The notes: generated by a model from the sequence alone, not told the origin. DNA of 64,000 nucleotides from Mucilaginibacter sp. (GCA_035545315.1 DASZYQ010000022.1:11913-75912), one strand, 5' to 3'; numbered from the stretch's first letter, positions 36,005-47,002 are shown. Made by a program: numbers and translations.

Positions 36005-36214
36005 ATGAAACTGAAGGCCGGACTTAGTGTGTTAGTGTTGATCCTGATAAGTGTCACTACGGCTCATGCCCAGGGTTTGCCCTGCGGCGGTGACGACCCG
36101 GACGCTACTTGCCCGCTTGATACCTGGGTGATCGTGCTGGTTATCGCTGCTTCTGTTTTCGCAGCTTACCGCTTATTTCGCAAACAAAAAGCTGCAGGTT
36201 CTCCCGGCAATTAA
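36005..36214 (+). CDS. Small exported peptide with PID-CTERM-like (PLD) sorting signal
   Basis: Signal peptide to AHA|Q; core QGLPCGGDDPDATC; PLD + TM helix + RKQK. Confidence 0.8.
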   Translation: MKLKAGLSVLVLILISVTTAHAQGLPCGGDDPDATCPLDTWVIVLVIAASVFAAYRLFRKQKAAGSPGN

Positions 36215-36567
36215 TCGTATATTCCTTTCTGTAAATCTCCCTTATCACGGGCATCTGTGTGTCATCAAAGGGTATGTAAGCCATATCTGCTAATGGGCAA
36301 ATCATCGCTTATAAAAAGCTATAACGCAACCTCTCCGCGCTGTTTTCGAAGAAAAAAAATCACGAGATAGCCTTCGGGCTGTTAATATCGCCGGCTTGTC
36401 TTTTTTATATCACACTTATTATCAAGTTATTATATCGTCTATTTAACTTAAAAGAAATTTCTTTACCCAAATGGAACATTTTACGTAAATTTATTCGTAT
36501 AAAACCGTCGTAGATTATGTGCGAATGATTAGCGGTAAGCGAGTTTTTGCAGGTACACCGATATACG

Positions 36568-39516
36568 ATGAAGAGAGTTTTACTTTTTTTACTGTTGTCC
36601 CTATTTGTATTGTCAACCCAACGGGCGCGGGCGGGCACTACCTATACCTGGGCGGGCGGCAGCAGCGGCGCCTGGACAACTTCGGCAAACTGGTCGCCGA
36701 GCACGGGGTACCCCGGCAGTTCAGGCAGCTCCGATATCGCCGTAATTAACACCAGCAACGCTACGATAACTTTGAGTAGCACTATTACCATCGCACAGCT
36801 TAAAACAACCAATTACGGCGTAAGCGGGATAACGATTAGCGTAAACAGCGGCACAACGCTCAATATTGGTTCGGGCGTCAGCACATCGCAGCCTTCCAGC
36901 GCTGCGGTTAGTTTTACATTCTCCGGATCGGGTGCTTTCGCAATCAGCGGAACGGTAAGCGCGGGCTATAACTCGTCCTTTGCTATTTCGTCGGGCACCA
37001 CCGTCTACTTTAATTCGAATGCAGTGATGGACGAGAGCACCAGCAATCCCCATGGCAATTTGACCAACGCCGGTACGCTCAATATCATGTCGGGATGTAC
37101 CTTTAAGTTCGGCGATTTCTCGTCGCTAACCAATTCGGGCACCATGCGCTCCTATGGTTCGACATTTACTTTCAGTGGCAGCGGAACTCCTGCCAATTTG
37201 ATGACCAATACAGGCACCTATACCGACCATGGTTCCACATTTACCATCAGCGGTCAAAACAGCGCCTTTCAAAACTCAAGTTCATCGTCGTTAGCCTACC
37301 TGCATGGCACTAAGATCAATTTTACGAGCACCAATAATAACATGAGCCTGACCAACGCGGGTATGGTCATCGCTGATTCCTCGGCTTCTATAAGCCTGGG
37401 TACCTATAACTGCCCGCTGACTAATACGGGCACATTTTATGCGGGCGGATCGAATAATCCTTGTACGATCAACCTAACCGGCCAGGGTTCCAATATCAAC
37501 AATTCGGGCACCTTTTATGTTGGTTCAACCTCAGGCATTACCATATCAGGGTACCAGGCGTATTTGAATAATGCCAGCACAGGCTTTTTTATATTTCAGT
37601 CGGACAGCTACGGTTCAGGCTACCTGGGGGCCGTTCCATCAACATCGGTGGGACTAATTACCGGCACCTACCAGGTACAACGATACATCACCGGCGGCAG
37701 CCCGGCCTATCGCGGCTACCGGATGTTTTCGTCACCCGTGTACACGAGCACGGTAAGCAGCAATAAGATTTACAGCTTGAATTATGTAAAAGCATCGTCG
37801 TTGGTTACCGGCAGCGGCGGCACTTCCGGAGGTTTTGACAAAGCCGGCAATCCAAGTCTGTACCTCTACCGCGAAAATATCGCCTATTCAAACGCCACAT
37901 TCATATCGGGCAATTTCAGGGGCATAGCCAATATCGCGAGTGCGCCAAGCTATACTATGGATACGGATGGCGGGACATATGATATCCCCGTAGGCAACGG
38001 CTTCCTGTTCTGGTTCAGGGGCGACCGGACTACCAACCTTGCCAATAAATATACACCCGGAACATCTGCAGAAAGCGTAACCATGACCGCTACAGGCAGC
38101 CTTAACCAGGGTTCATATACGGTACACGACTGGTATACGCCCTCATCGTCTAATCTCGGCTATACAACTACCTCAGGCAATACGACCGTGCGGGGCGACA
38201 ACCTGGTCGGCAATCCTTACCCAAGTTCCATCGACTGGGAAACATTTCAAACAACCACTTCGACATCAGGCATATACGGCGTAAACGTAGGTAATACGAT
38301 CTATGTGCTTAACCCGGTGAACCAAAACTACGGCGCCTATATCAAAGGCGGCGGCGGGGTTGGGACCAATAATGCAACGAACGTTATTGCAAGCGGCCAG
38401 GGCTTTTTTGTGGTGGCTACCGGAACAGGCGCACAACTGATCTTTAACGAGACGGCCAAAACTGCCACGCAAAATACCGGTGTGCAACTTTTTATGGGCA
38501 CGCCTGCGGGCAATTTAGCAAGCAATGCGTTCATCAGGCTGAAGATGAGCCTGGATACCGTCAATACAGACGAGTTGCTGCTGCGGTTTGATAACAGCGC
38601 ATCGGTGATTTATTCAGGAGCTTACGACGGTGAATATAAGCAGGGATTTGGCAAGGTAAGCCTGGCCAGCCTATCGGCCGACAGCGTGGCCCTGGCGATT
38701 AACACAGTGCCATATCCTAAAACAAGTGAAGCTATAAAACTATCGGTATTGGCAAGAACCGATGGGATATACCAGCTAAGCCTGGTACAGGTAAACCAAG
38801 TGCCGCAGTTGTACGACATCTGGCTGAAAGACAATTACACAAAAGATTCGGTTGACCTGCGGCCCAATCCGGTTTACAGCTTTAACATTTACACTGCCGA
38901 TCCGGCAAGTTACGGGTCTGGCCGCTTTAGCCTTGTTATACGCCAAAACCCGGCTTATGCTTACCAACTGATCAATTTTAACGCTGCGAAAGTACAGGAT
39001 CAGCCGCAGGTGCTGGTATCCTGGCAAACCATGAACGAGGCGAATTATACCAACTTCGCGGTTGAGCGCAGTACGGACAGTGGGAAAACATTCAACATCA
39101 TCGGCAACATAGCTGCAACAGGCGCCGGGAACTATAGTATAACCGACAAGTTTCCCGTTATGGGAGCGAACCTGTACAGGTTGAAACAACAGGATATAAA
39201 CAACACTATCACCTATTCGGACGTGGTGAAAGTGATGTATCCCAACCCCGCAGGTTTGACCGCGGGCAATTTCTCCGTGTATCCTAATCCTGCCGGAAAT
39301 ACCCTTAACCTGGTCATCAACACCAGCACTGCAAGTACGGGAAGTTATAATATCAGTATCGTCAATGCACTTGGGCTTACAGTAAAACAAGCAACCGTTT
39401 CTCAGCCTGCATGGCAGGGCGCAGTAAACGATCTGCCCCCGGGAACCTATACGGTTCGGATACTGGACAACAAGAACAACATTGAATTAGGCAGCAGTCG
39501 CTTTGTTAAACTATAA
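36568..39516 (+). CDS. T9SS type A cargo surface protein 1 (beta-helix-like N-terminus)
   Basis: Signal peptide from ATG 36568; WAGGSSGAWTTSANW cap; S/T/G/N-rich repeats; shared YRGYR-SSPV / NLVGNPYPSSIDW core; YPNP CTD. Confidence 0.85.
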   Translation: MKRVLLFLLLSLFVLSTQRARAGTTYTWAGGSSGAWTTSANWSPSTGYPGSSGSSDIAVINTSNATITLSSTITIAQLKTTNYGVSGITISVNSGTTLNIGSGVSTSQPSSAAVSFTFSGSGAFAISGTVSAGYNSSFAISSGTTVYFNSNAVMDESTSNPHGNLTNAGTLNIMSGCTFKFGDFSSLTNSGTMRSYGSTFTFSGSGTPANLMTNTGTYTDHGSTFTISGQNSAFQNSSSSSLAYLHGTKINFTSTNNNMSLTNAGMVIADSSASISLGTYNCPLTNTGTFYAGGSNNPCTINLTGQGSNINNSGTFYVGSTSGITISGYQAYLNNASTGFFIFQSDSYGSGYLGAVPSTSVGLITGTYQVQRYITGGSPAYRGYRMFSSPVYTSTVSSNKIYSLNYVKASSLVTGSGGTSGGFDKAGNPSLYLYRENIAYSNATFISGNFRGIANIASAPSYTMDTDGGTYDIPVGNGFLFWFRGDRTTNLANKYTPGTSAESVTMTATGSLNQGSYTVHDWYTPSSSNLGYTTTSGNTTVRGDNLVGNPYPSSIDWETFQTTTSTSGIYGVNVGNTIYVLNPVNQNYGAYIKGGGGVGTNNATNVIASGQGFFVVATGTGAQLIFNETAKTATQNTGVQLFMGTPAGNLASNAFIRLKMSLDTVNTDELLLRFDNSASVIYSGAYDGEYKQGFGKVSLASLSADSVALAINTVPYPKTSEAIKLSVLARTDGIYQLSLVQVNQVPQLYDIWLKDNYTKDSVDLRPNPVYSFNIYTADPASYGSGRFSLVIRQNPAYAYQLINFNAAKVQDQPQVLVSWQTMNEANYTNFAVERSTDSGKTFNIIGNIAATGAGNYSITDKFPVMGANLYRLKQQDINNTITYSDVVKVMYPNPAGLTAGNFSVYPNPAGNTLNLVINTSTASTGSYNISIVNALGLTVKQATVSQPAWQGAVNDLPPGTYTVRILDNKNNIELGSSRFVKL

Positions 39517-39967
39517 GCGATTCTTTCTGCGGCCCGTAATCAGTGCAATCCAACACTTCCGGTTTGATACCTAATATATCTCCTTCAAAGCTTAGGACGG
39601 CCAAGCCAGGGCAGGTCGGCGATGCCAGGTTTACTAAATTCTTACCTCGCTTTAACCGCGCATTCCCTTAAGACCGTTTTGCGCCGGAAACAAGAAAACG
39701 CCTACTTGGCTATAGCTTTGGGCTAGTTTTTTCTCAACATATTAACATTAAACACGTTTTGCGATTCTGAAAACTGGCCGGCAAGTTTTTTCGTAGCGGG
39801 AAAAAAAACCAAAACAAATTAACTATTATTATAATATTAACTATTATTACCCGCCCATAATAATCAACTTAACATATACGAAATAAAATACATAAATACA
39901 GTTAGTTAAGTTTCCATAAAAGACTATTACATATAACCTAAAGCAAAAAATAATCGTACAAAAAGGA

Positions 39968-39975
39968 TATATTTG
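39968..39975 (+). promoter_or_regulatory. -7 promoter element for cargo gene 2
   Basis: TATATTTG, 26 nt upstream of the TTG start. Confidence 0.5.
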
Positions 39976-40001
39976 GGTCCAAATACTCAAATCGGGTTAT
40001 A

Positions 40002-43000
40002 TTGAAAAGACTTTTTTTGTATTTGGGGTTCATCAACCTGCTCTTATCGGCCCCCCGTTTTACATTCGGGGCGGTGCCTAATATCAGGTATACTCCATCA
40101 ACCAACACCTTAACACTTGGTACGGCATTTTCTATCACGCCTTCCAATACCGGCGGCTCTGTTACAACCGGCAGTTATGCGCCTATTTATTCGTTTGCGA
40201 CAGTGTCAAGTCCGTGGGATGTAACGGTGGATGCTTCAGGGAATGTGTACACTGTCAGCGAAAGCGGCAATACCCTGATCGAAATATCGCCGACAGGCAC
40301 CAAAACGACTTTATATTCAGGCTTGAGTACGCCCACCGGCGTTGCAATCGATAGCAGGGGTAATATCTATGTATCCAATTTCGGCTCGGGCCAGGTGTTG
40401 AAATTTGACTCGTCGGGCAACTTGTTGGCCACTATCAACGGTTTTAACCAGCCTTACGGCATTTCCTTTGATTCGTCCAACAACGCTTATGTTGCTGATG
40501 CCGGCGATAATGTGGTATACGAGATTACCGCGGGCACTACAACGGTCAGTACTTATGCAAGCGGATTGACGAGTCCGTATGGGACAGCCGTGGATGCATC
40601 GGGAAACCTTTACGTGTCCCAATATACTGCAAACAACCTTGTTAAGATCACGCCTGCGGGTGTAAAAACAACTTTTGCAGCCGGTTTTAATGCGCCGCGC
40701 CAACTCGGCATGGACGCATCAGGAAATATTTATGTAGCGGATTATGGCAACAATGCTATAAAGAAAGTGACATCTGCGGGAGTTGTATCAACGATAACCC
40801 AGGCAAGCGGGCTCAACGCGCCACGCTCTGTACAGCCCGACGCGTCCGGGAGCTTATATATCGCCGATTATGGCAGCGGCGCCATCAAAAAGGTAGCCGT
40901 CACAGGCTGGACGATTAGCGCGACGCTGCCCGACGGTCTGACATTTAATACATCAACAGGAAAGATCTCAGGTACGCCAACGGTTACATTCACTACGACT
41001 ACTTATACGGTTATTGCATACAATACCAGCGGGAAAGCGTCAACAACAATAACCTTATCGTGTTCGCAATCCACAATGGACTGGAAGGGTACAACATCGA
41101 GCGCATGGGCAACTACCACTAACTGGAGCCCGAACGGCACGCCCAACCAGTATACTGCTGTACGTATCGGATCAAACGTAACCTTTACCAATCAGCCTAC
41201 CCTTAGCTCGAACACAACGGTAAGCTCGATAACGTTCGGTACTATCAAAACGGCTACTTTAACAATAGCATCGGGAGCTACATTAACGATAAATGACAAT
41301 CTAACCATTAACTCGACGGGTACGCCAACTATAACCGGCAGCGGAACAGCGGCAGTTGCAATGGCGCCCGGCTCGATCATTAACATAACAAACGCCAGCG
41401 CTAAACTGACTTTAACATCGCCGCTTTCATTTACGCTTCAATCAGACGCTACGGGCGATGCATCGATAGGCCAGCTTGCCAGCACGACCGCTATAACGGG
41501 TAGCGCCGCCAGCTCGATCAATGTCGAACGCTACCTTAGCGGCGGCAGCCTGAGCTACAGGGGATACCGGCTTTTATCGTCGCCGGTATATGTCGGGCAG
41601 GATACCCACAGTAATAACGTGGAAGGACTGAATTACCTGATCAGCTCCATGTACCTTACGGCAACCACTACTACAGGAGGATTTGACAATACGGCTGCCG
41701 CTAACCCGAGCCTGTACCTTTTCAGGGAAAACCTGGTCAGCCCGACAAGCACTTTTACCGGCGGCAATTACCGTAGCGTCAACGCAATTAATAATACGCC
41801 AAACTACAATTACACACTTGATGGCGATGGCACCGGAAACTATGTCCCGGTAGGAAACGGCTATCTATGCTTTGTCAGAGGCAACAGGGCTTCGACTTCC
41901 TTCGCTAGTGAGACTTCAGTAGCCTACGTACCACAGGCTGTTACACTTAGCGCCAGCGGGACGTTAAATATGGGCCAGGTAACCGTTAAGGACTGGTTTA
42001 CACCAACGTCATCAAATTTAAGCTACACAGCCGCTTCGCCTTATGCCGGTTTCAACCTGGTTGGAAACCCTTATGCAAGCTCGATCGACTGGGATAATTT
42101 TCAAACAAGCTCATCCACGACAGGCATTTACGGCAGCAATGTCAGCAGCACGATATACGAGCTGGACCCGATTACAAAAAACTATGGGTCTTACATGTCG
42201 GGCTCAGGCGGCATCGGAAGCGCTACCTTTGTAAGCAATATAATAGCAAGCGGGCAGGGTTTTTTCGTATTGGCAACATCCGGATCGGGACAGTTAGTTT
42301 TCAACGAGTCAGCCAAGACAACTTCACAGAACACGCAGGGTTCGACGTTGCTGATGTCCAAACAGCCGGTAGCGGCAGCAAACATGCAATACCTGCGCTT
42401 ACAAATCGGCGAAGGCAGTGTAAGGGATCAAACCCTGATAAGGTTTAACAGCCAGGCCAGCACCGATTTCAGCTACGCGATCGATGCACCGTATAAAACC
42501 GGTTATGGAGCCGTAAGCCTGGCAACGCGATCAAGCGATAACGTCGATCTGTCGATCAATACCGTGCCACTGCCGAAACCGAAAAGCGAATCTATCAGGC
42601 TGAATGTAAATGCCAGTAAAGACGGTATTTATAGTTTAGCAATTATCGATATCGTGTCGGTTCCGCAGCTCTTCGACATATGGCTGATGGACGCCTATAC
42701 AAAAGACTCGGTCGACATGCGCCATAACAAAAGCTACAGCTTTAATATTTATAAAAGCGATAGCGCAAGCTTTGGGCCAAAGCGTTTTACGCTCGTGATA
42801 CGCCAAAACCCGGCCTATGCCTACAGGCTGCTCAGCTTTACAGGCCAAAAAGTGCAGAATGAGCAGCAAACCGAGCTTTTGTGGAAGACCGAAAACGAGG
42901 GCAATTACACCTATTTCACCGTTCAGCGAAGCATCGACAACGGGAAGACTTATGACGACCTTGGCTCGGCTAATGCTGCCGGCAGCGGACAATACAGCCT

Positions 43001-43385
43001 TATGGATAAAAATCCTTTTGCCACAGGACCAAATTATTACCGCTTAAAGCAAATTGATTTCAACGGCGACATTACTTATTCTAACATTGTTGTTGTGGGG
43101 TTTGCCAACCAGGCTAACGGCATATATACAGATAATCTGAGCATATACCCGAACCCGGTAAACAGCATGATCAATTTGTCCATAAAACAGCAATCGTCTG
43201 ATAATACTACAAATTACGACATTAAGATCACAAACAGTTCGGGGCTTGTCGTAAAGGAGGTAACATCTTCACAACCTTCATGGCAGGGCAGCATTAATAA
43301 CCTCGGGCCCGGAACCTACATCGTTACCGTTGTCGACAATAAAACGAAAGGCGCGGTAGGCCAAACTAAGTTTATCAAGCTATAG
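40002..43385 (+). CDS. T9SS type A cargo surface protein 2 (NHL beta-propeller plus putative Ig domain)
   Basis: TTG start; six NHL-like repeats (PxGxAxDxxGNxYV); LPDGLTFNTSTGKISGTPT Ig motif; shared core; YPNP CTD. Confidence 0.87.
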   Translation: MKRLFLYLGFINLLLSAPRFTFGAVPNIRYTPSTNTLTLGTAFSITPSNTGGSVTTGSYAPIYSFATVSSPWDVTVDASGNVYTVSESGNTLIEISPTGTKTTLYSGLSTPTGVAIDSRGNIYVSNFGSGQVLKFDSSGNLLATINGFNQPYGISFDSSNNAYVADAGDNVVYEITAGTTTVSTYASGLTSPYGTAVDASGNLYVSQYTANNLVKITPAGVKTTFAAGFNAPRQLGMDASGNIYVADYGNNAIKKVTSAGVVSTITQASGLNAPRSVQPDASGSLYIADYGSGAIKKVAVTGWTISATLPDGLTFNTSTGKISGTPTVTFTTTTYTVIAYNTSGKASTTITLSCSQSTMDWKGTTSSAWATTTNWSPNGTPNQYTAVRIGSNVTFTNQPTLSSNTTVSSITFGTIKTATLTIASGATLTINDNLTINSTGTPTITGSGTAAVAMAPGSIINITNASAKLTLTSPLSFTLQSDATGDASIGQLASTTAITGSAASSINVERYLSGGSLSYRGYRLLSSPVYVGQDTHSNNVEGLNYLISSMYLTATTTTGGFDNTAAANPSLYLFRENLVSPTSTFTGGNYRSVNAINNTPNYNYTLDGDGTGNYVPVGNGYLCFVRGNRASTSFASETSVAYVPQAVTLSASGTLNMGQVTVKDWFTPTSSNLSYTAASPYAGFNLVGNPYASSIDWDNFQTSSSTTGIYGSNVSSTIYELDPITKNYGSYMSGSGGIGSATFVSNIIASGQGFFVLATSGSGQLVFNESAKTTSQNTQGSTLLMSKQPVAAANMQYLRLQIGEGSVRDQTLIRFNSQASTDFSYAIDAPYKTGYGAVSLATRSSDNVDLSINTVPLPKPKSESIRLNVNASKDGIYSLAIIDIVSVPQLFDIWLMDAYTKDSVDMRHNKSYSFNIYKSDSASFGPKRFTLVIRQNPAYAYRLLSFTGQKVQNEQQTELLWKTENEGNYTYFTVQRSIDNGKTYDDLGSANAAGSGQYSLMDKNPFATGPNYYRLKQIDFNGDITYSNIVVVGFANQANGIYTDNLSIYPNPVNSMINLSIKQQSSDNTTNYDIKITNSSGLVVKEVTSSQPSWQGSINNLGPGTYIVTVVDNKTKGAVGQTKFIKL

Positions 43386-43588
43386 TTTCCGGTCAAAACA
43401 TCGTTACTCCTAACCTAATTTTCAAAAAGCGTTTTAAGACCGTTCAGAGGCAGCTTATTAACTTAAGATTAAAAAAATCGTAACCATAACGCAACATACT
43501 ATAAATCAGCAACTAAACACGCGTTAGCAGCTAATAATTTTTCGAATTATTTAAACCTAATGACGCTTCACCACGTAAAAAGAACCGT

Positions 43589-46500
43589 GTGCTGCTGATA
43601 TTAGTTTTGAAAAAGGTATTAAATAAAGTCATGTTCGCCGCCCTGCTACTGACCTTTGTCGCAGGGAAAACCTTTGCTGCAACCTACGACTGGGTAGGCA
43701 CCAGCGCGACAAGCGGTGTTTACAACTGGAACAACAGGCTGAACTGGCAGGTAGGCGGCGTAACCGCGACGACTATTCCAGGTGCGGCTGATATAGTACG
43801 GATAGCGGTCAATGCTTATGCGAACGACCCGACTATTACGGATGCGGAATCCTGCGCGTCGATCATCTTCGGCGTTTACGACAATTTTACGCTGACTGTG
43901 AACGGCACCCTGACGGTGAGCGGCGATATTACGCAGAATAACGACCCCAACTTTTACCAGTACACTACTTTAGCCGGCACAGGCACCATTAGCTGCAAGA
44001 ACTTTTACCTTGGCGACAACACCATGCCCAGTACCGGTATTGGGGTAGTTAACAACGTAAGCTGCCAGGTAACTCAAATGACCATCAATGGCAACCTGGT
44101 TTTAAACGCGGTTGGCAACAGCACCTCCGATGGCATTGTGTATCCGTATTTCTCGCTGGACGCGAATAAGCTGACTTTATACGGCCAAATAAAAACAACC
44201 ACATACAGTAATCCGCTTTCGGAAGGCGTTGGCGACCCTAACTACCCAGGCATCGGCCTGTTCCAAATGGATAGCGGCATTGCAGCTACAACGCTTGAAT
44301 TACTGAACAGCGCCCCTATTCTGACTCCCGTCACTACCGGCTTTACCGTCGACTTTACCAACAACGGAGCCGGGGCCGGAACCGTGATCTATGATGCAAC
44401 TTCGGGAACGCAAACGGTTTATACAACCGGTACCAGCGGCCTTGGCATTAACAATTATAATTACGATTACCTCACTTTTGCCGGGGCAAGCACAAAAACC
44501 CTGGTAGGCGGCGCCTTAACGGTGGGCTCCGACTGGACCACCGGCGGAACGGGTACCGTCGACCTTGCGACGAACAATCCGACCATAACCGTGTCGGACA
44601 ACTGGGTGAACTCGACGAATGTTACGCAGGGATCAGGCAGCATAACGCTGACGAACATCCTGCAAAACAACAGCAATACCATAACTTTAGGATCGGGCGG
44701 CCTAACCGTGGGAAATATCCTTCAGATAAATTTCGGGGCCGTTAATGCCGGTTCAGGTACGGTAACCGTAAACGGCATCTTTCAGAACAACAGCGGAACA
44801 TTTAAGTGCGGATCGGGCAATGTCATCCTTAAAAGCACCTATCAAAACAGCGGTACTTTTACCGCCGGAACAGGGACGGTATATTTTTCCGGCGCATCGC
44901 AAATTCTGCAGGACAACAGCGCGGCCGGCACGGTATTTAATAAAGTTACTTTTAATGGCAGCGGTACGGCGACCATGAGTGCAGGAGTCGGAAATTTCGC
45001 GGTATCGAGCAGCGGCGTGCTTACCGTTACCAGCCCGGCCGCGTTATCGGCCGGAAGCGCTTCTGCCGCTTATCTTACCTTAAAATCAGACGCTACAGGG
45101 TCGGCCACCATCGCGGCCATGTCGGGCACGGCCAGTATCAGCGGATTTGTAAATGTTCAGCGATACATAACCGGCGGCAGCCTCACCTATCGGGGTTATC
45201 GCCTGCTTTCCTCGCCCGTAAATGCGGGAACTGTAGGTACAAACAAGGTTTTCAGTCTTAATTATCTTAAAAGCTCGTGCTATCTTACCGGATCGACAGG
45301 AACAACAGGGGGCTTCGACAAGACGGGCAACCCTACGATTTATTTATATCGCGAGAATGTGACCCCGACCAACAGCAATTTTATTGCCGGCAATTTCAGG
45401 GGCATTAACAATATCACGGCCTCACCGGGTTATCAACTGGACGGCGAGATCGGAACTTTCAATATTCCTGTTGGAGACGGCTATTTATTTTATTTCAGAG
45501 GTAACCGGAGTACAAGCCTGGCCAGTAAGACAGTCTCGCCTTATGCTACGCCCGAAAACACCACTTTAGTCACAACGGGCAACCTGAACCAGGGACAGGT
45601 GACCGTTAAGGACTGGTATACGCCGACCTCCGCGAACCTCGGATACACTGTTTCGGCCGGGAATACAGCCGTAAGGGGCTTTAACCTGGCAGGTAATCCC
45701 TATGCCAGCTCCATTAACTGGGATACTTACAATACGACCTCTACAACTACAGGTATCTATGCTTCAAGCGTCGGTCCAACCATTTACGTGCTTGACCCCG
45801 TCACCAGGAACTACGGTGCCTACACCAAAGGAAGCGGCGGCATCGGAACACACAACGCAACCAATGTATTAGTTAGCGGACAGGGCTTTTTTGTGCTGGC
45901 CAGCAGCGCCGGGGCCAAACTGATCATCAATGAATCGGCAAAGGTAAATACGCAACTTACAGGAGCCAGCCTGCTGATGGGCAAGCCGCCGGTGGATGTT
46001 GGCAATATGCAGTATGTGAGGCTTGATATGATCAAAGACTCGGTCAATTACGATGACATACTTATCCGTTTCGACGGGAGCAGCACGGCTGCGTACTCGC
46101 CCGATGAAGATGCGGAATATAAACAGGGTAACGGACAGGAAAACCTGGCGAGTTTATCGAGCGACAACGTGCCGCTGGCCATAAACGTGCAGCCATTACC
46201 CAAAAATGGTACCGTTGTACCGTTGTCAGTATCGGCTGTGAGCGATGGAAATTACCAGATGAACCTAAAAAGTATTACCGGGTTGCCCATGCTTTTCGAT
46301 ATAACACTTGTCGATACTTACACCAACACTTCAACCGACTTACGCGAAAATCCGATCTATAACTTCAGCATTGCAAAAAGCGACACCAATAGCTTTGGCA
46401 GCAAACGATTTAAGCTGATCTTCGGCCAGAATAAGTCTTATGCATACCGCCTGCTCAACTTTACAGCCGAAAAGCTGGAGAATGCTGCCGGCAAACAAGT

Positions 46501-47002
46501 GGAGCTGGTTTGGAAAACGGAAAACGAGGCCAATTATACCACGTTTACGGTAGAGCGCAGTACCGACAACGGCGCCACTTTCCAGGTGGTAGGCAGCAGG
46601 CTGTCGAGTGACCTGGGCGTTTACAGTCTTGTCGACCATAACCCGTCCGATGGCCTGAATCTTTACCGCCTGAAACAGCAGAATATTAATGACAGCGTTA
46701 CCTATTCAAAACTGGTACAGATAGCGTATGGCCCTTTATCCAACACACTAACCGGTAATATAAATGTATACCCCAACCCTGTAAACAGCATGCTTAACCT
46801 GTCGGTAACGTCGAACCCCAATGCCGGCAGCTATAATATCAGGATAACTAACAGTTCCGGCCTGGTTGTAAAGGAAGCCAATGTATCTCAACCTACCTGG
46901 CAGGGCAACGTAAGTAACTTGCTTTCGGGCAGCTACTTCATCCAGGTTGTAAACAATAAAGACCAGACCCTGGTAGGAAAAGCCAAATTCGTAAAAATGT
47001 AA
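43589..47002 (+). CDS. T9SS type A cargo surface protein 3 (passenger-like beta-helix N-terminus)
   Basis: GTG 43589 or ATG 43631 start; YDWVG...NWNNRLNW cap; shared core; YPNP CTD ending KAKFVKM. Confidence 0.85.
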   Translation: MLLILVLKKVLNKVMFAALLLTFVAGKTFAATYDWVGTSATSGVYNWNNRLNWQVGGVTATTIPGAADIVRIAVNAYANDPTITDAESCASIIFGVYDNFTLTVNGTLTVSGDITQNNDPNFYQYTTLAGTGTISCKNFYLGDNTMPSTGIGVVNNVSCQVTQMTINGNLVLNAVGNSTSDGIVYPYFSLDANKLTLYGQIKTTTYSNPLSEGVGDPNYPGIGLFQMDSGIAATTLELLNSAPILTPVTTGFTVDFTNNGAGAGTVIYDATSGTQTVYTTGTSGLGINNYNYDYLTFAGASTKTLVGGALTVGSDWTTGGTGTVDLATNNPTITVSDNWVNSTNVTQGSGSITLTNILQNNSNTITLGSGGLTVGNILQINFGAVNAGSGTVTVNGIFQNNSGTFKCGSGNVILKSTYQNSGTFTAGTGTVYFSGASQILQDNSAAGTVFNKVTFNGSGTATMSAGVGNFAVSSSGVLTVTSPAALSAGSASAAYLTLKSDATGSATIAAMSGTASISGFVNVQRYITGGSLTYRGYRLLSSPVNAGTVGTNKVFSLNYLKSSCYLTGSTGTTGGFDKTGNPTIYLYRENVTPTNSNFIAGNFRGINNITASPGYQLDGEIGTFNIPVGDGYLFYFRGNRSTSLASKTVSPYATPENTTLVTTGNLNQGQVTVKDWYTPTSANLGYTVSAGNTAVRGFNLAGNPYASSINWDTYNTTSTTTGIYASSVGPTIYVLDPVTRNYGAYTKGSGGIGTHNATNVLVSGQGFFVLASSAGAKLIINESAKVNTQLTGASLLMGKPPVDVGNMQYVRLDMIKDSVNYDDILIRFDGSSTAAYSPDEDAEYKQGNGQENLASLSSDNVPLAINVQPLPKNGTVVPLSVSAVSDGNYQMNLKSITGLPMLFDITLVDTYTNTSTDLRENPIYNFSIAKSDTNSFGSKRFKLIFGQNKSYAYRLLNFTAEKLENAAGKQVELVWKTENEANYTTFTVERSTDNGATFQVVGSRLSSDLGVYSLVDHNPSDGLNLYRLKQQNINDSVTYSKLVQIAYGPLSNTLTGNINVYPNPVNSMLNLSVTSNPNAGSYNIRITNSSGLVVKEANVSQPTWQGNVSNLLSGSYFIQVVNNKDQTLVGKAKFVKM

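Noticed and set aside
40190-40900. Repetitive segment in cargo gene 2 as a DNA repeat
   Set aside because: Protein-level NHL repeats with diverged DNA; ordinary domain structure
36568-47002. Shufflon or diversity-generating retroelement acting on the three cargo genes
   Set aside because: No reverse transcriptase or invertase, no inverted recombination sites, and paralogs differ at many synonymous positions rather than showing a template/variable repeat pair
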